A program made the position numbers and the translations under genes. Positions 1-6,311 of a stretch of 7,999 nt of DNA are shown in pieces (the stretch's first letter is position 1; every line of letters begins with the position of its first letter). The notes under the pieces are model-generated. The model saw only the letters and a program-made list of their open reading frames with translations, did no database searches and had not been told where the DNA came from. This stretch comes from Candidatus Saccharimonadota bacterium (GTDB lineage: Bacteria > Pseudomonadota > Gammaproteobacteria > Enterobacterales > Enterobacteriaceae), in contig NZ_CP046218.1 in the NCBI RefSeq assembly GCF_012571345.1, forward strand, positions 433,878 to 441,876, given 5' to 3'.

Positions 1-235
1 CGGATCAAAAATTTTCTTCATAAAATAAAAACTCTATAAATTTAAATAATGTTATTTTAAAAAATAAAAATAATTATCTATACTAATGAAATAATATTCA
101 AAATATTAACATATATTTTTATATAAATAAAAACATATTCTATTCTTAAAAAGATATTTTTCTATTTTAAAAAATATTTTTAAAAATATAAATATATGTT
201 ATATATGAATATATACAATAAATTATATGATAAAA

Positions 236-265
236 TAATCTTATAAAATATCATTTAATCTTATA
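236..265 (+). repeat. Direct repeat TAATCTTATA x2 (236-245 and 256-265), offset exactly 20 bp, upstream of the candidate pts promoter
   Basis: Both copies read directly. A single 10-mer repeat in 340 bp of this composition is roughly what chance predicts, so the functional meaning is doubtful. Confidence 0.5.
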
Positions 266-278
266 CTATTATATAATA

Positions 279-306
279 TTGTAAAATATGATTTTAATTA
301 TATAAT
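279..306 (+). promoter_or_regulatory. Candidate sigma70-like promoter for the ptsH-ptsI-crr operon (TTGTAA-N16-TATAAT)
   Basis: TTGTAA at 279-284, a 16-nt spacer, and TATAAT at 301-306 would place a start site about 28 nt upstream of the ptsH ATG. TATAAT-like hexamers are common by chance in DNA this AT-rich, so this is only a candidate. Confidence 0.25.
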
Positions 307-329
307 AATATTTCAATAAATTAAAATTT

Positions 330-334
330 AGGAA
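330..334 (+). promoter_or_regulatory. Shine-Dalgarno (AGGAA) for ptsH
   Basis: A purine-rich, G-containing pentamer 6 nt upstream of ATG 341, in a stretch otherwise almost free of G. Confidence 0.6.
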
Positions 335-340
335 ACAATA

Positions 341-595
341 ATGTTACAAAAAGAAGTGATAATTAGTAATAAACATGGATTACATACTAGACCAGCAGCA
401 CTATTTGTTAAAGAAGCTAAAAATTTTGTTTCTGAAATTACTATTACATCTAATAATGTTACAGTAAATGCAAAAAGTTTATTTAAAATACAAACGTTAG
501 GATTATCTAAAGGAACAGTTATTATTTTAACTGTTTCAGGTATAGATGAGCAACAAGCAATGATACATTTAGTACAAATTATGAAAAATTTGTAA
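341..595 (+). CDS. ptsH: Phosphocarrier protein HPr of the PEP:sugar phosphotransferase system
   Basis: 84-aa ORF plus TAA stop, with an AGGAA Shine-Dalgarno 6 nt upstream. It aligns end to end with E. coli HPr (85 aa). The active-site His15 context GLHTRPAA and the Ser46 context [13 protein letters not shown] are retained. ptsI and crr follow directly, as in the enterobacterial pts operon. Confidence 0.95.
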   Translation: MLQKEVIISNKHGLHTRPAALFVKEAKNFVSEITITSNNVTVNAKSLFKIQTLGLSKGTVIILTVSGIDEQQAMIHLVQIMKNL

Positions 596-605
596 CATAT
601 ATTTC

Positions 606-619
606 ATTTTCATGAAAAT
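606..619. repeat. Perfect 14-bp palindrome ATTTTCATGAAAAT just downstream of the ptsH stop (function unknown)
   Basis: All 7 pairs checked base by base (606 with 619 through 612 with 613). It starts 11 nt after the ptsH TAA (593-595), inside a 113-bp ptsH-ptsI spacer. Confidence 0.8.
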
Positions 620-696
620 AAAATTTAATTTTAATTAATGATAGTTATTATATCTTTTATATATACTTAATAATAACGTTAAATTATATAAACATT

Positions 697-701
697 GAGG
701 T
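697..701 (+). promoter_or_regulatory. Shine-Dalgarno (GAGGT) for ptsI
   Basis: GAGGT lies 7 nt upstream of ATG 709. Confidence 0.65.
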
Positions 702-708
702 AATATTT

Positions 709-2421
709 ATGATTTCAGGAATTTTAGCTTCTCCTGGTATTTCTTTCGGTAAAGCTTTTGTGTTAAAAATAGAAGATATTATTATTCAAAAAAAAAAAAT
801 TGATAAAGAATATGTTGATATAGAAATTAATAAATTTCTTAATGCACAAAAAAAATCTATAAAACAATTACAAAGTATAAAAGAACATGAAATAAAATTT
901 AATACTGATAAAGAATCTATACTTGAAGGACATATAGTATTATTACAAGATATTGAAATGTCTAAAGATGTTATTATTTTAATAAAAGAAAATTTATTTT
1001 CTGCAGCATATGCTGTAGATAATATTATTCAAAAACAAATTAAATCATTACAAAATATTAATGATACATATCTGAAAGAAAGAATGAGTGATATTAAAGA
1101 TATTGGTCATAGATTAATTAAAAATATTTTAAATATGAATATGAATGATTTAAATATTTTTAATAATGAAGTCATTTTAATTGCTAAAGATTTAACTCCT
1201 TCAGAAACAATACAATTAAATACAAAAAAAATTTTAGGATTTATTACTGATCTAGGTAGCCAAACATCACATACTGCTATTATGGCACGTTTATTAGATA
1301 TACCTGCAATTGTTGGTACAGGTAATATTACTCAAATAGTAAAGAATAATGATTATATTATTTTAGATGGTATTTCTAATCATATTTATATTAATCCTAA
1401 AAAAGAGACTATTACTGCTTTAAAAAAAAAATATAATAAATATATTTTAGAAAAAAAAAAATTAATACAATTAAGTATTGTTCCTGCTTACACTAAAGAT
1501 AATTATACAATCAAAGTTTGTGCAAATATTAGTACAATAGAAGATTTACAAAAAGCAAAAAATAATGGTGCAGAAGGTATAGGTTTATATAGAACTGAAT
1601 TTTTATTCATGAATCGTAATTCTTTACCTAGTGAAGAAGAACAATTTAATACATATAAACAAATTGCATCTAATATGCCAAATAAAACAATTATTATTAG
1701 AACATTAGATGTTGGCGGCGATAAAAATATACCATATATGAATTTACCTAAAGAAGATAACCCTTTTTTAGGTTGGCGTGCTATTAGAATTACAATGGAT
1801 CGTATAAATATTCTACATACTCAATTACGAGCAATATTAAGGGCTTCAGTATTTGGACAATTATGTATTATGTTCCCTATGATTATTTCTATAGAAGAAA
1901 TAATATTTTTAAAAAAAGAATTACAATTTTTAAAAGAACAATTATATCATGAACAAAAAAAAATACAACATAATATACAAATAGGAATTATGATAGAAAC
2001 ACCAGCAGCAGCAATTATTGCTCATCATTTAATAAAAGAAATTGATTTTTTTAGTATAGGTACTAATGATTTAATACAATATACATTAGCAGTAGATCGT
2101 GGCAATGATTTAATTTCGCATTTATATAATCCTATTCATCCCGCACTTTTATTTTTAATTAAAAATATAATTGATGCATCACATTCTGAAGGAAAATGGA
2201 CTGGAATGTGTGGTGAATTAGCTAGTAATGAAAAATTTATTCCAATATTATTAGGTATGGGATTAGATGAAATTAGTATGAATGCTGCTTCTATACCAAA
2301 CATTAAAAATATTATTCGCAATACTAATATGCGTGATGCTAAAATATTAGCAAAAAATATTTTAGCATCAAATACTATGGAAAAAATTAATCAATATATT
2401 ATTAAATATCATAAAAAATAA
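709..2421 (+). CDS. ptsI: PTS Enzyme I (phosphoenolpyruvate-protein phosphotransferase)
   Basis: 570 aa versus about 575 aa in E. coli. The N-terminus MISGILASPGISFGKAFVLK nearly matches E. coli EI. The phospho-His motif GSQTSHTAIMAR is present, as are the PEP-domain motifs LYRTEFLFM, IRTLDVGGDK, NPFLGWRAIR, MIETPAA, FFSIGTNDLIQYTLAVDR and the catalytic Cys context GMCGELA. A GAGGT SD lies 7 nt upstream. Confidence 0.97.
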   Translation: MISGILASPGISFGKAFVLKIEDIIIQKKKIDKEYVDIEINKFLNAQKKSIKQLQSIKEHEIKFNTDKESILEGHIVLLQDIEMSKDVIILIKENLFSAAYAVDNIIQKQIKSLQNINDTYLKERMSDIKDIGHRLIKNILNMNMNDLNIFNNEVILIAKDLTPSETIQLNTKKILGFITDLGSQTSHTAIMARLLDIPAIVGTGNITQIVKNNDYIILDGISNHIYINPKKETITALKKKYNKYILEKKKLIQLSIVPAYTKDNYTIKVCANISTIEDLQKAKNNGAEGIGLYRTEFLFMNRNSLPSEEEQFNTYKQIASNMPNKTIIIRTLDVGGDKNIPYMNLPKEDNPFLGWRAIRITMDRINILHTQLRAILRASVFGQLCIMFPMIISIEEIIFLKKELQFLKEQLYHEQKKIQHNIQIGIMIETPAAAIIAHHLIKEIDFFSIGTNDLIQYTLAVDRGNDLISHLYNPIHPALLFLIKNIIDASHSEGKWTGMCGELASNEKFIPILLGMGLDEISMNAASIPNIKNIIRNTNMRDAKILAKNILASNTMEKINQYIIKYHKK

Positions 2422-2434
2422 TAAATATGTTTTA

Positions 2435-2439
2435 GAGGA
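2435..2439 (+). promoter_or_regulatory. Shine-Dalgarno (GAGGA) for crr
   Basis: GAGGA lies 7 nt upstream of ATG 2447, in the 25-nt ptsI-crr gap. Confidence 0.65.
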
Positions 2440-2446
2440 TTGAGTT

Positions 2447-2959
2447 ATGATAATTTTTACAAATTTTTTTAAAAAAAAACATACACACATAAAAAATAAT
2501 TATATAAAAATTTTTGCACCTATTTCAGGTACGATCGAAAATATTGAAAATGTACCTGATACGGTATTTTCTGATAAAATTATTGGTGATGGCATAGCCA
2601 TTAATCCTACTAGTAATATATTAGTATCACCAGTAGATGGTATCATCGGAAAAATTTTCGACACAAATCATGCGTTTTCAATACTTATAGATAATGATAT
2701 AGAACTATTTGTACATTTTGGTATTGATACAGTTAATTTGCAAGGTAAAGGTTTTAAAAGAATATTTAATATAGGTAAAACTAATAATGTAAAAAAAGGA
2801 GAACCAATCATAGAATTAGATTTAGATTTTTTACGTAAACATGCTAAATCAATATTAACACCAGTAGTTATTTCTAATATAGAAGATATAAAAAAAATTT
2901 ATAAATATACTAAACAAGTTCAAGCAGGTATTGATCCAATATTAAAAATATACAAATAA
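2447..2959 (+). CDS. crr: PTS glucose-specific EIIA component (EIIA-Glc)
   Basis: 170 aa versus 169 aa in E. coli. Conserved blocks are IFAPISGTIENIENVPDTVFSDKIIGDGIAINP, GKIFDTNHAFSI and LFVHFGIDTV (the two active-site His equivalents), GFKRI, and LTPVVISN. A GAGGA SD lies 7 nt upstream, 25 nt after the ptsI stop. Confidence 0.95.
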   Translation: MIIFTNFFKKKHTHIKNNYIKIFAPISGTIENIENVPDTVFSDKIIGDGIAINPTSNILVSPVDGIIGKIFDTNHAFSILIDNDIELFVHFGIDTVNLQGKGFKRIFNIGKTNNVKKGEPIIELDLDFLRKHAKSILTPVVISNIEDIKKIYKYTKQVQAGIDPILKIYK

Positions 2960-3098
2960 ATTTGTTTTACTAAAAGCTAAAATTTTTTAATATTTTGTTT
3001 ATGTCAGAATAAATTAATTAATATAAAATTATTGTTTTATATAAATAAAATACTAATACTAATATATATATATTAATTATAATTATAAATATTAATTT

Positions 3099-3575
3099 TT
3101 AACTCAGATCAAGATAATAACTATGTGTAATAGCTACAGCTAAAGCATCCGCTGCATCTTCTTTTAATGTTATTGATAATATATTTAACATAATACATAC
3201 CATATTACATACATGTTTTTTATTTGCTCCACCAGTACCGCCTACAATCATTTTTATTTGTGTTGTAGCATATTCAGAAACAGATAAATTATGATTTACT
3301 GCTGATACTATAACAGCACCACTAGCATAGTTTAATTTTAAAGATGAATTAATATTTTTAGCAACAAAAACTTTTTCTATTGCACAATACTGTGGTTTAA
3401 ATATATTAATAATATTACTGATTTTAGAGTAAATAATTTTTAAACGCATATAAAAATCATTAATTTTTGTTTTAATACAACCGCTATGAATATAAATTAA
3501 TTTTTTTTTTTGTTTTTTTATTAAACCATAACCCGTTATTCTAGAACCAGGATCAATACCTAATATAATAGACAT
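3099..3575 (-). CDS. ruvC: Crossover junction endodeoxyribonuclease RuvC (Holliday junction resolvase)
   Basis: 158 aa. The N-terminus MSIILGIDPGSRITGYG matches E. coli MAIILGIDPGSRVTGYG. The catalytic acidic tetrad is retained by alignment (D8, E67 in AIEKVF, D140 and D143 in EDAADALAVAITH), as is the Phe wedge (F70). It is about 15 aa shorter than E. coli RuvC (173 aa) at the C-terminus. No clear SD is present; the upstream sequence is AAAAAGAAGAAAAAAA. Confidence 0.93.
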   Translation of the reverse strand: MSIILGIDPGSRITGYGLIKKQKKKLIYIHSGCIKTKINDFYMRLKIIYSKISNIINIFKPQYCAIEKVFVAKNINSSLKLNYASGAVIVSAVNHNLSVSEYATTQIKMIVGGTGGANKKHVCNMVCIMLNILSITLKEDAADALAVAITHSYYLDLS

Positions 3576-3601
3576 TTTTTTCTTCTTTTTTAAAAAAAAT
3601 A

Positions 3602-4333
3602 CTATACATAAATTGCATTATGAGAAATTTTTTTAATATCTACATTAGATTGTAAATTATGTATGATAGATATCAACTTTTGTTTAATCTTATCATTTAT
3701 ATGATATTTAATATATGGTATTGTTACAAATTTTATTTCTGATGGTTGTATCACAAATTTTTTTGATAATATTAATATGTCTTTATATTTTTGCTTAGAA
3801 AAAAAAACATCAATAGTTTTTTTATTAAAAAGTATATCATTTGGCATTAATTGCTCAGCTATATCAATAATACGGTTAATATTATTATTAACAATATATG
3901 TTAAAGATACTTTTTTTTGAAAAATATAATGATCAACACGATAATCACATATTATACCATGATATTTATCAAATATATTCCGTATAAAATTTATAGTACG
4001 ATTTTTATTATTTGTTAGACATTGTATCATTAATGTAATACGATCAATCATACCATAATATATGAGATAATTTACATTATGACTAATATATTTGTGATTA
4101 TATTGTTGATGATATTTTGTTATTATTTTATTAATCGTAACACGTTTCATGTTATATGATAATGCTTTATTCACTACTAATTTTAATTTAGTATTATCAT
4201 ATATATTAGCATTGTTATTATATTTTATTATTGAATGTAGTTCTCTTATAATTTTAGAAAATTTTTTATCTTTTTTTGCATCTTGATAAGCTTTACGATA
4301 ACGTGTATTAGACCATTTACTATGTCCAGACAT
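3602..4333 (-). CDS. yebC: YebC/PmpR (TACO1) family protein, annotated as a probable transcriptional regulator or translation-associated factor
   Basis: 243 aa versus 246 aa in E. coli. The N-terminus MSGHSKWSNTRYRKAYQDAKKDKKFSKIIREL matches E. coli [32 protein letters not shown]. The internal block MIQCLTNNKNRT matches MIECLSDNRNRT. Its position between aspS and ruvC is the conserved enterobacterial one. An AAGGAA SD lies 9 nt upstream. The stop is TAG. Confidence 0.9.
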   Translation of the reverse strand: MSGHSKWSNTRYRKAYQDAKKDKKFSKIIRELHSIIKYNNNANIYDNTKLKLVVNKALSYNMKRVTINKIITKYHQQYNHKYISHNVNYLIYYGMIDRITLMIQCLTNNKNRTINFIRNIFDKYHGIICDYRVDHYIFQKKVSLTYIVNNNINRIIDIAEQLMPNDILFNKKTIDVFFSKQKYKDILILSKKFVIQPSEIKFVTIPYIKYHINDKIKQKLISIIHNLQSNVDIKKISHNAIYV

Positions 4334-4342
4334 ATAAAAATA

Positions 4343-4348
4343 TTCCTT
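4343..4348 (-). promoter_or_regulatory. Shine-Dalgarno (AAGGAA on the - strand) for yebC
   Basis: Plus-strand ttcctt lies inside the 16-bp aspS-yebC gap, 9 nt upstream of the yebC ATG (4333-4331). This fits aspS-yebC co-transcription. Confidence 0.6.
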
Positions 4349-4349
4349 T

Positions 4350-6098
4350 TTATATATTACCTAAACCTAATTCCAATAAAATATCTTTATTTATTTTATG
4401 TGGTGCATTAGTTAATAGGCATGTTGCAGAAGTTGTTTTAGGAAAAGCGATAACATCTCTAATATTTGTTGTACGTACTAATAACATAACTAATCTATCT
4501 AAACCAAGAGCGATGCCAATATGTGGCGGCGTACCAAATTGCAATGCTTTTAAAAAAAAACCAAAATGATTTTTTTGTATATCATTATTTAATTTTAATA
4601 TATCAAAAATTATCTTTTGTATTTTATAATTATTAATTCTTGAAGAACCACTGCCAATTTCATAGCCATTGATAACAAGATCATAAGAATCTGATAATAC
4701 ATTTTCTGGTTGTGATATTAACTTTGTAATATCATTATTTTTAGGTGCTGTAAAAGGATGATTAGTTGATATTAATTGTCCTTCCTGATTTTTAGTAAAT
4801 AAAGGAAAATCAATAATCCATAATGGACACCAACTATCATTATTAATGATATTAAAATTATTGCCTAATATTGTTCGTAATATTCCCATAGAACTAATAC
4901 TACCATAATATTTATTAGTGCCAATAAAGATAATATCTTTTTCACGTAAGTTTAAAAAATATATAATATGTTTTTGATTAATTTTAATATACTCTAAACT
5001 ATTTAACGCATCTTCATTATTATTACTCATAATATTTTTTAAACCAGAATAACACACTTGCAAAATATTTAAATTTTGAATATTATACTTACTTTTATAT
5101 GAATTATATTTATGTAAATTCTGTAAAGATTTTGTTGTACAATATTGTTTCTTAATTATAATAGCAACAAAGTTAGGTTGATATATTTTTATATTATGTT
5201 TAATAAAAATTTTAGATAAATTAATTAATTTTAAGTTATTTCTTAAATCAGGTTTGTCAGTCCCATAATCAGACATAGCTTGTTGGAAAGTAATAACATG
5301 AAATTTATTTAATTTAATATTAATGATTTTTTCCCATAAATGTATTATCATTAATTCTATAAAATTTCTAAAATCTTTAGATCTAACAAAAGACATTTCA
5401 ATATCAATTTGTGTAAATTCAGGTTGTCTATCTGAACGTAGATCTTCATCTCGAAAACATTTCGCGAATTGGTAATAACGATCTAATCCTGAAATCATTA
5501 ATAATTGTTTAAATATTTGTGGAGACTGTGGTAATGCATAAAAACAATTTTTATGTATACGACTTGGTACTAAATAATCTCTTGAACCTTCTGGAGTAAA
5601 ATTAGTAAGAATAGGAGTTTCAATATTTAAAAAATTATTTTTTTCTAAAAATGTTCTAACAATACTCATTATATTTGATCGAGTTTTAATAATATGAATC
5701 ATTTTTTCTTGTCTAAGATCTAAAAATCTGTATTTCAATCTATTTTCTTCTATATTAATATGATTATTATCTATAGGTAGATTTTTAGATTTATTTAAAA
5801 TAACAAGTTTCGATACAATAATTTCAAGATGTCCTGTAATGATTTTTAAATTTATATTTTTTCTTTTTACTACTTTACCAGTAATTTTCACACAAAAATT
5901 ATTGCGTAATTTTTGTGCAAGTTTATATGTTTCATTATATTTTGGTATAAATATTACTTGTATTGTACCTTGTATATCTTTAATATTAGCAAAAATCAAT
6001 TTACCTAAATTTCTATAATTATAAACCCAACCATAAAGTGTTATCATATCATTGATATGTTTATCATTAACTTTACCACAATAAATTCTATGTTCCAT
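4350..6098 (-). CDS. aspS: Aspartate--tRNA ligase (class II AspRS)
   Basis: 582 aa versus 590 aa in E. coli, collinear throughout. Matching blocks include YCG...GWV...R.LGKLIF, TPEGSRDYLVPSR, FYALPQSPQIFKQLLM, the motif 2 region KCFRDEDLRSDRQPEFTQIDIE, HPFTAP, YDLVINGYEIGSGS, and the motif 3 region GTPPHIGIALGLDRLVMLL...NIRDVIAFPKT. An AGGAA SD lies 7 nt upstream. Confidence 0.97.
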   Translation of the reverse strand: MEHRIYCGKVNDKHINDMITLYGWVYNYRNLGKLIFANIKDIQGTIQVIFIPKYNETYKLAQKLRNNFCVKITGKVVKRKNINLKIITGHLEIIVSKLVILNKSKNLPIDNNHINIEENRLKYRFLDLRQEKMIHIIKTRSNIMSIVRTFLEKNNFLNIETPILTNFTPEGSRDYLVPSRIHKNCFYALPQSPQIFKQLLMISGLDRYYQFAKCFRDEDLRSDRQPEFTQIDIEMSFVRSKDFRNFIELMIIHLWEKIINIKLNKFHVITFQQAMSDYGTDKPDLRNNLKLINLSKIFIKHNIKIYQPNFVAIIIKKQYCTTKSLQNLHKYNSYKSKYNIQNLNILQVCYSGLKNIMSNNNEDALNSLEYIKINQKHIIYFLNLREKDIIFIGTNKYYGSISSMGILRTILGNNFNIINNDSWCPLWIIDFPLFTKNQEGQLISTNHPFTAPKNNDITKLISQPENVLSDSYDLVINGYEIGSGSSRINNYKIQKIIFDILKLNNDIQKNHFGFFLKALQFGTPPHIGIALGLDRLVMLLVRTTNIRDVIAFPKTTSATCLLTNAPHKINKDILLELGLGNI

Positions 6099-6105
6099 TA
6101 ATATA

Positions 6106-6110
6106 TTCCT
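6106..6110 (-). promoter_or_regulatory. Shine-Dalgarno (AGGAA on the - strand) for aspS
   Basis: Plus-strand ttcct lies 7 nt upstream of the aspS ATG (6098-6096). Confidence 0.6.
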
Positions 6111-6169
6111 AGTAGTATAATTTAATGTTTTAATATATATGTTATAATAAAATTTTTATTACGATAATA

Positions 6170-6179
6170 AAGTATACTT
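6170..6179. repeat. Perfect 10-bp palindrome AAGTATACTT (overlapping AGTATA/TATACT half-sites)
   Basis: Read directly from the sequence in the aspS-argS divergent spacer. Confidence 0.8.
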
Positions 6180-6263
6180 GTACATCAAATATAAAAAACA
6201 TAAAAGATATATTGCTTTATTTTTATATATGTAATTATTTTTATTTTGTATATAGAATATTAT

Positions 6264-6287
6264 ATAGTATAAAATCTATTATACTAT
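6264..6287. repeat. Inverted repeat/hairpin 1: ATAGTATAA-aatcta-TTATACTAT (9-bp stem, 6-nt loop)
   Basis: All nine pairs checked base by base (6264 with 6287 through 6272 with 6279). It lies in the middle of the aspS-argS spacer. The function is unknown. Confidence 0.8.
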
Positions 6288-6292
6288 CAGTA

Positions 6293-6311
6293 TAGTGTAA
6301 TATATACACTA
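6293..6311. repeat. Inverted repeat/hairpin 2: TAGTGTA-atata-TACACTA (7-bp stem, 5-nt loop), related to hairpin 1
   Basis: All seven pairs checked (6293 with 6311 through 6299 with 6305). The left arm plus flank TATAGTGTAA (6291-6300) matches TATAGTATAA (6263-6272) of hairpin 1 at 9 of 10 positions. Confidence 0.8.

Noticed and set aside
1-21. Possible 5' end of a - strand gene (reverse complement reads MKKIFDP...) running off the left edge
   Set aside because: Only 7 codons are visible and ATG triplets are frequent in this composition. It cannot be identified or supported as a feature. It is noted under the ptsH-upstream finding as something to test by extending the contig.
165-190. Overlapping A/T-only palindromes (AAAAATATTTTT at 170-181, TATTTTTAAAAATA at 175-188) and phased A-tracts upstream of ptsH
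   Set aside because: This is pure A/T low-complexity sequence, and such palindromes are expected by chance at this composition. Intrinsic curvature is possible but cannot be judged by eye.
2136-2321. 61-aa ORF on the - strand from the supplied track
   Set aside because: It lies entirely antisense within the well-supported C-terminal domain of ptsI. It has no SD and no recognisable similarity, and its composition is what the reverse complement of an AT-rich gene gives. It is a spurious shadow ORF.
3050-3098. Short tandem-like strings (actaat-actaat, tatatatata, taattataattata) that could suggest a repeat array
   Set aside because: The units are 2-7 bp, imperfect and of low complexity. There is no spacer/repeat architecture, so this is neither CRISPR nor a meaningful tandem repeat.
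6142-6201. 19-codon hydrophobic mini-ORF on the - strand (MFFIFDVQVYFIIVIKILL) in the aspS-argS spacer
   Set aside because: It has no ribosome-binding site, and the hydrophobic composition is the default output of T-rich DNA. Nothing beyond an open frame supports it.
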